Virus record (IMG/VR): IMGVR_UViG_3300037722_001090
Length of the DNA: 64,000 bases
Source: a virus
Lineage: Duplodnaviria; Caudoviricetes
Reading direction: 5' to 3' (one strand)
Shown: in pieces, positions 36,701-45,668 of the stretch
Position numbering within the stretch: position 1 is the stretch's first letter
How the letters are laid out: each line of letters opens with the position of its first letter
Made by a program: the position numbers and the translations under genes
Notes under the pieces: generated by a model
Told to the model about the DNA's origin: nothing
Database searches by the model: none
Seen by the model: the letters and a program-made list of their open reading frames with translations, nothing else

Positions 36701-37322
36701 CCTGTTTGACGAAGGCCGAAATTTCAATCTCTTTGAATCCAGCCAATTTGAGAATCTGCTGGTCCGACTTACCCCTGATGAGTGCTTCGGTTGCGCGACG
36801 GGCCTTTCTTCCCTGAGCAACAAACATGTCCTGAATGATCCTGTTCATATCTGCCAATTTGTCATTGCGCTCCACCTTGGAACGGACATCTTTGAGCTGG
36901 AACTCATAAATAGAGTTAACCAACTCCATGCCTTCGAGCTTTCTGAACTCAGACCGATGCATACCGATCTTATAGGCAATGAGACGTAAGTCGTCATCGC
37001 CACCCTCTTTGTTGAGGATGTTGATCAGCGTGGTCTTGTTCTTGAACCCTTCCGGATCCTCGAATTCCTCAGGCAGCAGAGAACGGCTCATGAACTCATA
37101 AATCACGATGCGCAGACGATCAGCAGTTGCCGCATTGTACGTGGTGTACAAAGGAACGCCGAGGTCCTTCGCGATCTCCTTGAGGGCAGTGATACCCTTT
37201 TCATCAAGACCCTTCTTCTTGATGATGACTTTAATCTGCGTCTGGTTCATGTGTACCTCCTTGTGGTTAGATTTCTTGCCATTAACGCCATTGCCATTGG
37301 TGTTACCGTTGTGCTGTGTCAT
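33711..37322 (-). CDS. single-subunit two-barrel (DPBB) RNA polymerase, YonO/cellular-RdRP-like
   Basis: GRNP...IEL...GDVDGD (34902-34919), matching beta' R.P...ADFDGD; plus NDG, AQAR, FKGK, QLAIDGMKH in RdRP order; GGAGG RBS before MTQHNG. Confidence 0.85.
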   Translation of the reverse strand: MTQHNGNTNGNGVNGKKSNHKEVHMNQTQIKVIIKKKGLDEKGITALKEIAKDLGVPLYTTYNAATADRLRIVIYEFMSRSLLPEEFEDPEGFKNKTTLINILNKEGGDDDLRLIAYKIGMHRSEFRKLEGMELVNSIYEFQLKDVRSKVERNDKLADMNRIIQDMFVAQGRKARRATEALIRGKSDQQILKLAGFKEIEISAFVKQGTVKEQVQLFKDKLEAHNKGDAMKNRKLSLIATKPKEYSGAVNPVSENDPKIRLHGLSPTLEKVKGIVYTGAVIEITETQAGIDEHGDPVQKEVVIGTDFVINGTDAMIEIASNSPFYEWCKGGKVIPMSIEEHDSNNRVKIFKRMQDVAASEAKHVLGNAKKSEPLLGKAYLEDWTELMGDDPRNHDNPFKPTGTFMTPNPYQIASTENAQYLRVRVINDEIVGHTPRTEHMTGWGGHPLNDGNMLTCLSMWYTPVSELKRFAKQMEEYNAAVTAGKEVTVPKPPKEERVNGNAQARSYHVFDEADVKVMAELAVTNPSIYQFKVGDVMPSFKGKCMFHVNRYEEKVEEYGFNLEDQDAIMGLGNFKTQKGRLKHGDIVLIPITPEKPALRIVAIKVSDGKSSLGVQSVRLDSELVSRIVETAIPNAQIVVDALAGKASGYLSILKSDAEATMDDAISEPLKAFLFTKYDEELGDWRVPMYTSRITVMMARIWTYLIQNVYKVRLSDLAFYLEVNEELDLLEYKHFLETNEKVYMFNGPSKKKFTKLLGPDTKWNIGRNPVVGDGNFMEFHHHKLNGTTDCIELSARALWTMFGDVDGDTCIVFPHPDIAFPVTERPLPPVKEKKAKAKGLMSEEAFVTQTYRAYLAIAQSAIDTGSLDNLSRQIIFENWWNGTPLTPAQIMHMGEIVQLAIDGMKHHDISAEEDAAATITRLYGVNGRVMPLRSAPQDYCALRKDGGNSSVKGIPHLCMKAIIRKLQDIKCSEYNPYRHVLNVLRDVSCTTRHSDSTDMRNLCRTEWAKKVALHSEFRQLKAELPWTPQFVLNATSLLINGGNLYGTIIEGYSLHSRILQDDKSLIVDKRARRIAWAALANDYRGYIDIIAEFACKKYFGKPDYRFFMDEFKEQLMLSIGVQSFGTWSGQDRDTGADKITSKPGSLFWLFDADKFIIPLAKRVNPDNPYIKDVEIAVAENIRKRIEREATEYMDRIMAQGEGDL

Positions 37323-37401
37323 AGACACCTCCAAAGAATGAATATGCGATATGCATACTACGTTAAAAAAAAGGGCAGACCCGAAGGCCCACCCTTTAAT
37401 T

Positions 37402-37617
37402 TTACTTCTTCAGCATTTGTCTTTGCAGATCAATACCGATCTGTGCTGCAAGATCGAAGTATTGGATCATCCTAGCATACCTATGCATATGCCTTTCATA
37501 TCCTTCCTTGTCGCCAATCTGAAGCGACAGCAATGCTGCTTCCAGATGAATCCTGGCATTCCTATGGTACCAGATGCCAATTCTAATGTACCGCCTCTTC
37601 TTCTTATGGTTCTTCAT
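37402..37617 (-). CDS. small basic protein
   Basis: AAGGAG RBS, terminator downstream at 37364-37397. Confidence 0.6.
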   Translation of the reverse strand: MKNHKKKRRYIRIGIWYHRNARIHLEAALLSLQIGDKEGYERHMHRYARMIQYFDLAAQIGIDLQRQMLKK

Positions 37618-37867
37618 GACAAGCTCCTTTCTCTTCATCAAGGCGAGTATAAATCTCAATCACTGTCAATCTAGACTGACCAGTGATAGCCATAGCGTAC
37701 AATACACTATAGCCGTTTTCATAACACTGCTCCACACTCATTTGCATAAGACCTCCTTTCATAATGCGAATAAGCCCCTGACTACACTTAGGACACAGAT
37801 CGTCCGCGACATCATACGTATTAAGTTCCATCACACTATAACACGTACTGCAAACAAACTTAGCCAT
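37604..37867 (-). CDS. zinc-ribbon protein
   Basis: AGGAG RBS; CSTC...CPKC. Confidence 0.65.
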   Translation of the reverse strand: MAKFVCSTCYSVMELNTYDVADDLCPKCSQGLIRIMKGGLMQMSVEQCYENGYSVLYAMAITGQSRLTVIEIYTRLDEEKGACHEEP

Positions 37868-38030
37868 CACACCACTCCTTTCTTCCCCTACACCCACTAT
37901 AAAACCTACACTTGTTTCTTTTGCACATACGCTTATTCCTCCTCTTCCTCTTCGTGGCAGCACTCACAGGTAAAGCCAGTAATCTCACCAATACACCAGT
38001 ATTTATCTTCTTCACACAGTTAGTTAATTG

Positions 38031-38174
38031 TTAGATCCAGCTGTTAAAGGTAGCAGTAGCAGCACTACTACCCATTTTAAGCGACAAGTAACGCACAGCT
38101 TGCACATTACTAATGGCTCCAGCTTTGAATAGCAACTGGACACGGAAGATACGACGGCCTGCATGCTTGCCCAT
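38031..38174 (-). CDS. 47-aa hypothetical protein
   Basis: AAGGAG RBS, MGKHAGRRIFRVQ... Confidence 0.55.
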   Translation of the reverse strand: MGKHAGRRIFRVQLLFKAGAISNVQAVRYLSLKMGSSAATATFNSWI

Positions 38175-38325
38175 ACTCACACTCCTTTCAGTTCAGGTAC
38201 AAATACAATAGCCATCCAGAACGACACCCACACTAATGCAACAATAGTCATGGCTCTTCTCCTTAGATATATGTGCATAATTGCACCTAATAAAAAAAGG
38301 GGCTAAAGAACAGCCCCTTTAATTA

Positions 38326-38583
38326 CTACCCGATCATTCTAAGTCCTCTAGCGTGAGGAACAATCTTGACAGTCGCACTTTCATACTTGCCAAGGACCTC
38401 ATACAGCTCCTCCAGATGATCGAAATCACCCTTAAGAGTACGATTAATTACCTTTTTGCAAGCCCCATCCTTAGCAAGGCTTCTCCAAGAGGAAGTTATC
38501 CTTCTTTCCAGTTGCCCAATCTTCTGATCAAGGATATTGAGCTCGTCTTCAACAACCATTTTGTTCGCTGCGATAACCATCAT
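38326..38583 (-). CDS. hypothetical protein
   Basis: GGAGG RBS, own terminator at 38291-38320. Confidence 0.65.
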   Translation of the reverse strand: MMVIAANKMVVEDELNILDQKIGQLERRITSSWRSLAKDGACKKVINRTLKGDFDHLEELYEVLGKYESATVKIVPHARGLRMIG

Positions 38584-38663
38584 GTTACACCTCCAAGGAA
38601 TTTGATATCACCGATATGGCGATATACCTATTAAAAAAAAAGGGACCCGAAGGCCCCTTGATT

Positions 38664-38873
38664 TTATATAACTCTTAGCATCATCACATAAGTGCCTCCA
38701 ATTACATTATAGTTTTTAATAACTATATTTACCTCTTCGCATAACTTTAATTCCCTTTTGACCTTTTCGCCTAATATAATACCATCATATTTAGCACCAA
38801 AATCTACAACAACATAAGCACCAGTCTGCACAACAACACCTCTCTTTACAGCACCTAACATAACTACCTCCAA
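38664..38873 (-). CDS. hypothetical protein (OB-like)
   Basis: Own terminator at 38633-38660; beta-rich, VDFGAKYDGII resembles the S1 motif. Confidence 0.5.
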   Translation of the reverse strand: MEVVMLGAVKRGVVVQTGAYVVVDFGAKYDGIILGEKVKRELKLCEEVNIVIKNYNVIGGTYVMMLRVI

Positions 38874-39176
38874 GTATAAGAATTAAACTTACGCACACAT
38901 ACTATATATGTACATATCTAATAAAAAAGGGCCTATTGTAGCGCCCCACATTATTACTTGTACTGAGTATCGCGATAATGCTTCCAAGTACGAAGATCAT
39001 GATTATAATTATGATTTACGCGCAGACGACGCACACGCACTTGAAGTGCCTCTTTACGTAAATTCCAACCACCACATACTGGACAAGTATGAGCCATAAT
39101 AGTTCTCCTTGTTATGGTACATTATTGTACCTAATAAAAAAGCGGGGCAATATGCACCCCGCCTCTATATAACCCC

Positions 39177-39350
39177 CTATGCCATGCATCTACCAGCATA
39201 GAGCTGCATGAAGACATCTCTCGGCATGAGATCTCCGCCTATGTATGTGCCCATATCTTGCACTATGCATGCCTCAGGTAGGAAGGCCTCTGCAGCCTCC
39301 CTATCGCATCTCTCGATAGCTTCTTCAATGGACCTACAGATGATAGTCAT
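39177..39350 (-). CDS. 57-aa hypothetical protein
   Basis: AAGGAG RBS, own terminator at 39134-39163. Confidence 0.55.
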   Translation of the reverse strand: MTIICRSIEEAIERCDREAAEAFLPEACIVQDMGTYIGGDLMPRDVFMQLYAGRCMA

Positions 39351-39575
39351 GGTATCTCTCCTTTAGTTAATGGTTAATAGTTAGATATATAGGCATAGTG
39401 CGACAAGCACCATACCCACAACGAACGGGTACAACTCTTGGGCCATGATACGCCCCTTCCCAACCTTACTCTTACCCTGATACATACGCATAGTACACCT
39501 CCACTATATAGGCATGATTGCCTAATAAAAAAAACGGGGGTTATTAGCCCCCGCCTCTATATAAGCCCCTTAGTA

Positions 39576-39854
39576 CTACATGCTTATTAGGTTCTCGCGT
39601 AAACAGCCTAACCTACATGCTGCTTGATATAGTAATCCTCTATCTACAAGATCACTAACCTTCTCCAATTCAAACATACATCCAGTAATAGCCAGCTTAT
39701 ATACTGGTCTAATCTTAGTAGCACCACTTAAGGACACACAATACATGGTACTGTTATCGCCCTTATATGCACACCTACTGTGCCTATTAACCTCATCACT
39801 AAGAACAACAAACTCGCCTACTACATTGTCATATGTTACGCTCAACATTGTCAT
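39576..39854 (-). CDS. hypothetical protein (first gene of the left arm)
   Basis: GGGAG RBS, own terminator at 39525-39553. Confidence 0.6.
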   Translation of the reverse strand: MTMLSVTYDNVVGEFVVLSDEVNRHSRCAYKGDNSTMYCVSLSGATKIRPVYKLAITGCMFELEKVSDLVDRGLLYQAACRLGCLRENLISM

Positions 39855-40270
39855 GATGATTCTCCCTGTTAATTGTTAGAAGTCGACCCCGGGGTTGCAA
39901 ATAGTCCATACCGACCTACATCTATATACCTACAGTCCTTTAATCACTCCAGCCCATTTCAATCTCATATCTAGGCTTTTTAGATCATCACTTCACTCCA
40001 GCCCATTTCAAATCCACTATAGACTTAAGCTTTTTACTCCACTCCTTTACACGAAACCTTTAATAAGACTTTTCCTTATTAAAACTTTCCCCATATTCGA
40101 TGCCGGGGTCTGTGACAAAAATCTTTTCCATTTTCCCCTATACGTTTCCCTCATATAGGACCAAAGTCATTTTGATTTCATATTTGACCTTTCTAATATG
40201 CACACTTAGCCTATTTCCCTTATTAACATACTGTACATAGATATGTACTTATTTTTTTTAGGAGAACATA

Positions 40271-40912
40271 ATGTCAACATTATACAATGCAGCTACAAAT
40301 AAAATCCCATCTCTTACATCGCCAGAACTTCCAAAAGAAGAAGCACTTAACAGTGTAGGTCCTTGGAAGCAAATCAAGGTCGTAACATTGCAAGATAATG
40401 AACTATCTGTTTCAGGTGCAATTTTACCAGAGAAAGCTTCAGACTTAAAAATACATCTTAAATATGCAAACGATGGTAGCACTAATAATGTTTGGCCATA
40501 TCTAAAGATAAATGAAGGAGTTCCTGGAGATACTATTGAGATAGTAGACCCAAAACACTGGGATCAAATACGCTGTAGTGGATCTTTATGGGATCCAGCA
40601 GGCGTTAAGACAGCGTGGAGCCAGACATCTGATGAGCTTCTTCCATCAGATAATTTACAAGGATATGAAGTAGACATTATTGTTTCTGCTGAACTGGGAA
40701 GAATATACGTTCATGGATTCGGTACTTTATGGAAATATTTAGCAGGCGAATATATTCCATACAAAGTAAATATTTACGGAGAAGATTACGTCAATACCCT
40801 ATATCCTATTTCACTAGATAGTATTTCTAAGTTTGGTATATATAATTGGGAAAACTCAACAGTCAATCTGCATGCTTGTGAACAAATTTCTGCCTGGTAT
40901 AAACCACAATAA
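40271..40912 (+). CDS. hypothetical protein
   Basis: AGGAG RBS, terminator at 40925-40947. Confidence 0.75.
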   Translation: MSTLYNAATNKIPSLTSPELPKEEALNSVGPWKQIKVVTLQDNELSVSGAILPEKASDLKIHLKYANDGSTNNVWPYLKINEGVPGDTIEIVDPKHWDQIRCSGSLWDPAGVKTAWSQTSDELLPSDNLQGYEVDIIVSAELGRIYVHGFGTLWKYLAGEYIPYKVNIYGEDYVNTLYPISLDSISKFGIYNWENSTVNLHACEQISAWYKPQ

Positions 40913-41230
40913 AATTAAACATGAAGGCCCTCTTCGGAGGGCTTTTTACAGAAACACAATGCCTTTTATATACCATTTAGAGCCCCATACTTAACCCACA
41001 ATCGCACTTCTCCCCATACATGACACATTATATAGATACGACATAAATACAAATAGTTACCTCTTAACCTTTTCCTCTTTCCCTACTTCCTTACTACTAA
41101 GCTCGAACTAACAATAAGCCACCTATATTAGAGTATTTAACTAACCGACATGCTCATTCTTCGTTAATAACACATAGTAAAAGCTAGTTACATACTAGCT
41201 ATTAACTTAAGAGAGGACAATGGAGGAATA

Positions 41231-41848
41231 ATGACATCACCACTTATGCGTCCTATGTATAAGCATATGGACAGAACCACAGCTACACCATCACTAGTAC
41301 TAGATTATAGGCTTGACAATCCTGGTTATTTTGGAGCATCAGAAATCTCTACGGAATTTCGAAATAACTTTGCTTGCGATTGGCAGAAGAAATTAGAGAT
41401 AAAAGGTAAGACATTGGATGATGTTATCTTAATTATCGGTTTCGATGCAACAGGTTTTGTTACAGCAACATATGGTACAGAAGGTTCACGAATTGATATT
41501 AAATATCCAATTACTGCCATTACAGTCAAAGGCGTAGATAGTAACATGTTATCATATACAGTTCCTGGAATAGACCTGTATGATAGCGTTAATAATCCTA
41601 CTGGACGTGAAATTGTTGTTAACTTCTATGACCCAGACGATAATGGGCCAGCCTGGTTTGACACAGACCTTATTGTTACTGGACCAGATACATTCGACAT
41701 GGCAGTAAGTCATAGCCATGGAGCAGTAGATGGAACTATAGTTCCTGTTGATGAAACCCATTATATGCATATTGATGGTTTCTGGAATAATATATGGCAA
41801 TTAACTTCACTTGGAGCAACTAAAATTATTGCGCTTTATGTAGCTTAA
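41231..41848 (+). CDS. hypothetical (possibly virion) protein
   Basis: GGAGG RBS, terminator at 41858-41885. Confidence 0.75.
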   Translation: MTSPLMRPMYKHMDRTTATPSLVLDYRLDNPGYFGASEISTEFRNNFACDWQKKLEIKGKTLDDVILIIGFDATGFVTATYGTEGSRIDIKYPITAITVKGVDSNMLSYTVPGIDLYDSVNNPTGREIVVNFYDPDDNGPAWFDTDLIVTGPDTFDMAVSHSHGAVDGTIVPVDETHYMHIDGFWNNIWQLTSLGATKIIALYVA

Positions 41849-42000
41849 AAACACATTAGGCCTCTCTTAATCGGGAGGCTTTTTTGTATCTAAAATCTAT
41901 ACCAGCTTTTCATAATATATTTATTTAAGGGAACGTGTAACAGTAGTTATTAACATAAAGGACAGTATCGTTACTGCCTATAAACATTGGAGTATATAAT

Positions 42001-42162
42001 ATGAGCAATAAGAAGATAGCTAAAAAAACAGTAGATATTCCTAGTGATCTATTTGAAAAGATTATGACTTATTCACATGAGAATAAGATATATAAGTTTA
42101 GTCCTGCAGTTATTCAATTAATTGAAATTGCACTAAAGAGCCTTGAGGAAGGAGATGGATAA
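42001..42162 (+). CDS. 53-aa ribbon-helix-helix DNA-binding protein (below ORF-track cutoff)
   Basis: GGAG RBS; KKTVDIPSDLFEKI...FSPAVIQLIEIAL; stop overlaps the next ATG. Confidence 0.65.
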   Translation: MSNKKIAKKTVDIPSDLFEKIMTYSHENKIYKFSPAVIQLIEIALKSLEEGDG

Positions 42163-42581
42163 TGGAAATGGAAACTATTGATGCACTAAGCTTCGATAAA
42201 GAAATGTCTTATGATAGAGTTGTAGGATGTACATTTAAGGACTATAAAGGTGAAATATGGGACCTTAACCATTCTCTAATTAGATCGCCTGTTTCTGTCA
42301 TCGACAATAAGCTTACTATTAGCTTAGATATTAAGAATGGTATCGACAACCTTATATCTTTTGCTACACAAAAAATGAGAATGAGAGACAAAGATAATGA
42401 ACTAGAGATCGCAATGAGTAATGATCAGTTATCTCTATGTTTCTTTAACTTTAAATGTATCTCTCAAACTAGTATTGGAATCCACGATGGTACTATAGAT
42501 CTTACATTTGATATTGGAAGATTTACTACTACAGTACAAAGCAATTATTCAGAAACAGAATATGTAAAGAAAAGAGACTAG
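42162..42581 (+). CDS. hypothetical protein
   Basis: Translationally coupled ORF. Confidence 0.7.
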   Translation: MEMETIDALSFDKEMSYDRVVGCTFKDYKGEIWDLNHSLIRSPVSVIDNKLTISLDIKNGIDNLISFATQKMRMRDKDNELEIAMSNDQLSLCFFNFKCISQTSIGIHDGTIDLTFDIGRFTTTVQSNYSETEYVKKRD

Positions 42582-42599
42582 ACATGAAAGGAGACTACC

Positions 42600-42899
42600 A
42601 TGAACCCGACAGGTCAAATTATAACCTACAGAAAAAAGAGACTGTTTGGTCTTATAGTCTCAAACCTACTAGCAATAAGGTACGATAGAGATAATTTTAT
42701 TGTGCTTGATAATGATGGAAAGCCGTATAAAGAAAAAGCCTCTACTTTACAGGATAGCATTGAAACATCTTACACTGTAAGATCTGGCATGTTTAAGTTA
42801 ATGCAAGGCAGAAGATTCTTAGAAAAAGCTATATTTAATAGCGAAACATGGGATAAAGATAAGTTTCTCCGGGCTTATCTTAATATTGTAGGAGAATAA
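42600..42899 (+). CDS. hypothetical protein
   Basis: AAGGAG RBS. Confidence 0.7.
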   Translation: MNPTGQIITYRKKRLFGLIVSNLLAIRYDRDNFIVLDNDGKPYKEKASTLQDSIETSYTVRSGMFKLMQGRRFLEKAIFNSETWDKDKFLRAYLNIVGE

Positions 42900-42909
42900 G
42901 GGTAGATTT

Positions 42910-43686
42910 ATGAGTGACAAATTTAAAGACATCGCTGCGCCAGCAGGCTCGTTAGCTGATGTTATGCATGAACTAAAAGTAATTAATGCTCCTAAAGGGA
43001 TTGATCGAATTAGAAATGTTCTTGCAATGAGAATGAATCAGTATTCAAACATAAATCTTACACCTAGTGAAGTAAGAAACATTGCTACTTCGTTTGCTAA
43101 TATAGAGACGGGATCATCTACAAATCTTGTAGTTATATGTAGTAAAAAAGGGTGCTTATATAAAGGTAGATGTGCTTTATTTGTTGCAGATAAGGCTCCT
43201 GAAGGTAAAGAATGTTTACATGAAAATAAGGTTCTTATGGATGCTATGGACCGATATATTGAATCTCTAGAGATAGAGACTGACAATTATGCTGAAATGG
43301 TAATGGTTAACCAGTTAGTTGAATATGAGCTTATTGAGTTCAGGTGTAATACGATCTTATCTTATGACCATCAGAATATGAAGATGGAGATAGTAGTAGG
43401 CGTAGATGATAATGGCCAATTAGTTACTAAAGAAGACATTTCTCATGCCTTACAGATTAAACTGCAGATATTTAAAAATAAAATGGTACTTCTACAAGAA
43501 CTAACAGCTACTCGTAAAGAGATTTATAAGAAGCAAGCCGCTCTTAAAGAAGGTAAAGATGGACCTACTAAGGTTATTTCCGGAATGAAAGCTCAGCTTG
43601 AGAAGATGAAGAGAGACGCTGTAAATGCAGAAGAAGTTCATTATGAACTTAATGCTTTGGCAGATGATGATTTAATAAATGAGTAA
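42910..43686 (+). CDS. putative terminase small subunit
   Basis: Helical/coiled-coil protein upstream of TerL; positional inference. Confidence 0.4.
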   Translation: MSDKFKDIAAPAGSLADVMHELKVINAPKGIDRIRNVLAMRMNQYSNINLTPSEVRNIATSFANIETGSSTNLVVICSKKGCLYKGRCALFVADKAPEGKECLHENKVLMDAMDRYIESLEIETDNYAEMVMVNQLVEYELIEFRCNTILSYDHQNMKMEIVVGVDDNGQLVTKEDISHALQIKLQIFKNKMVLLQELTATRKEIYKKQAALKEGKDGPTKVISGMKAQLEKMKRDAVNAEEVHYELNALADDDLINE

Positions 43687-43712
43687 GATAATTAAACTTA
43701 AAGGAACAAATA

Positions 43713-44720
43713 ATGAAATACACTGAAGACCAGTTAACTGAACTCTTTAATAAAGTATGCAATGAGAACGTCTTATTTACAATGAGCGACGAAGAAGGAT
43801 ATATTGGTAATGTACTCGACTTATCTTTAGTAAAATACCCTACAGACCCTAAAGCTATACTTAAAGAAACTGTTTTGCCAGATAACTTTGAAGATTCCCT
43901 TATGGAAGAAGAAAGGCTTAGTGAAGACCAGTTAGATGCTATTATTCATCAATTAGATGGTCATTATAAGTGTAGTGGAAATATCTATAAAAGTGAGAGT
44001 GATGATGAGAAATATGTGGTCATTAATGATCTACATATTCCTTTCCATAGGAAAGAAGTAATCGAAGCTCTTGAGAAGGCATATGGAAATAAGGGGTACA
44101 ATTTAGTGCTTGGCGGCGATATTCTTGACTGCTACGACATATCTACTTTTCCTAAGGCTTATGCTGTAGGACTAGGAACAGAAATTAAGACTGCTAAAGA
44201 ATATATTAAGCGCTGGTCTGGCTTATTCAAAAAAGTCTTTGTAGTATCTGGTAACCATGAAGGCAGGCTAGCCTCTTACTTACGCAAAAGAATCTCTCCT
44301 GAGGTCGTACAGTTCCTTCCAGACGATATTTTAGAGAACATTGTAAACGATTTGAAGCTAGATAACATTAAGTATGTACCTGGAGATACATATAACTGGT
44401 TTGTACAGATTGATAATGTAATTATATGTCACCCTAAAAGCTTTGCTAAATCATCTTTAGGTACTGCTGCTCGAGTACAAGAGTTCTTTACTACAAGAGG
44501 ATTTACTGCAGATGTCTTTATTGTTGCTCATACACACAAGCTAGGACAAGCTATTAGGAACGGTGGAACTATTGTAGAGTCTGGATCACTATGCATGCCT
44601 CAAGACTATGCAATGGATGGTAAAGTCTCTTATACGCCTGAAGCTTCTGGATTTGTAGTATTTAAGTCTAGAAACAACAAAGTAGGGTTCAATGACGTAA
44701 GACTTCATTACGTAGGATAA
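43713..44720 (+). CDS. calcineurin-like metallophosphoesterase
   Basis: NDLHIP, GGDILD, GNHE, CHP, AHTH motifs. Confidence 0.9.
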   Translation: MKYTEDQLTELFNKVCNENVLFTMSDEEGYIGNVLDLSLVKYPTDPKAILKETVLPDNFEDSLMEEERLSEDQLDAIIHQLDGHYKCSGNIYKSESDDEKYVVINDLHIPFHRKEVIEALEKAYGNKGYNLVLGGDILDCYDISTFPKAYAVGLGTEIKTAKEYIKRWSGLFKKVFVVSGNHEGRLASYLRKRISPEVVQFLPDDILENIVNDLKLDNIKYVPGDTYNWFVQIDNVIICHPKSFAKSSLGTAARVQEFFTTRGFTADVFIVAHTHKLGQAIRNGGTIVESGSLCMPQDYAMDGKVSYTPEASGFVVFKSRNNKVGFNDVRLHYVG

Positions 44721-44723
44721 TAT

Positions 44724-44966
44724 ATGATAGATTTTAATACACTATCTAAAGCAATGGATCTTCGGAAGAAGCGCGAAGAAAAAGAACAACTATTAGAGCC
44801 CAAGGTGTTTTTAGAGACACATGGAAGGACATATGACTATTTTGTAGATAAATCTTTCTTTAATGTACTAGATTTACTAGATACTATAGAAGTATATGAT
44901 AAAGATGTAGATTTTAGTGAAGCTACATTCGCAATGACTGTAGTCGAAATGCTTAAGGAGGAATAA
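44724..44966 (+). CDS. hypothetical protein
   Basis: Operonic ORF. Confidence 0.65.
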   Translation: MIDFNTLSKAMDLRKKREEKEQLLEPKVFLETHGRTYDYFVDKSFFNVLDLLDTIEVYDKDVDFSEATFAMTVVEMLKEE

Positions 44967-44967
44967 T

Positions 44968-45654
44968 ATGCGAGCAGTTTTACCAGTTAAGGGAGACCTA
45001 ACTAAAGCAAAAGTATATAGAAATATGTTCCAAGGTTTTGGTTTAAGTAGATATTTTGCCTTATCATCTATAATTGCAACCGCAGCTACCGCTGGTAATA
45101 CAGCAGTACAGTTTGCTCAAGATGCATCTTCTGGTAGCGAGAATACGTTTGAAAACCTAGGCTATGGAGTTGGTGGCGTTGCAATGGAAGCAGGTTTTGC
45201 TATGTCTGCCATGCAGGTTGCACGTGATCAATGGAAGCAAAACACTACACCAAGTAGAACTATGTATGAGGCTACTAGATCTAAGAATTCAATATACTTA
45301 GCACCAGATGAAAAACTTGGTGGTAAATGGAGAGCACCTAAAGGCACAAAGATGCAAAAAGGATCCTATAATGCTGCAACAGGAGAATTCTTTAAGCATG
45401 GATGGAAAAAAGATATACTATTTGCAGGAGCAGCTATAGGGGCAGGAATGGCTGTATCATGGGCTGCTTCTACTGCTGGTAGAATGGTAGATAACCATAC
45501 AAAAGATGTTAAGTCTAGGTCACAGCTTAACTATGATACTCGTTTCTTTAATACGCAAATGTATGATCAAATGGCATATCAGCAGGCAGGACAATCAATG
45601 GGTGACTATAGTGACCGAATAGTTAGTGTAGCAAGAATTTATCACAAGACGTAA
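44968..45654 (+). CDS. Ala/Gly-rich protein with hydrophobic segments
   Basis: GAAIGAGMAVSWAA etc. Confidence 0.7.
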   Translation: MRAVLPVKGDLTKAKVYRNMFQGFGLSRYFALSSIIATAATAGNTAVQFAQDASSGSENTFENLGYGVGGVAMEAGFAMSAMQVARDQWKQNTTPSRTMYEATRSKNSIYLAPDEKLGGKWRAPKGTKMQKGSYNAATGEFFKHGWKKDILFAGAAIGAGMAVSWAASTAGRMVDNHTKDVKSRSQLNYDTRFFNTQMYDQMAYQQAGQSMGDYSDRIVSVARIYHKT

Positions 45655-45668
45655 CTTAGGAGAAGATA

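Larger units (their letters stand above)
33340..39553 (-). terminator. series of seven intrinsic terminators (about 33341, 37364, 38291, 38633, 38921, 39134, 39525)
   Basis: GC hairpins followed on the minus strand by T6-9, mostly then ATTAG. Confidence 0.75.

Noticed and set aside
34161-36989. 942-aa plus-strand ORF
   Set aside because: Antisense shadow of the RNAP gene; no motifs, and explained by that gene's avoidance of TTA/CTA/TCA codons
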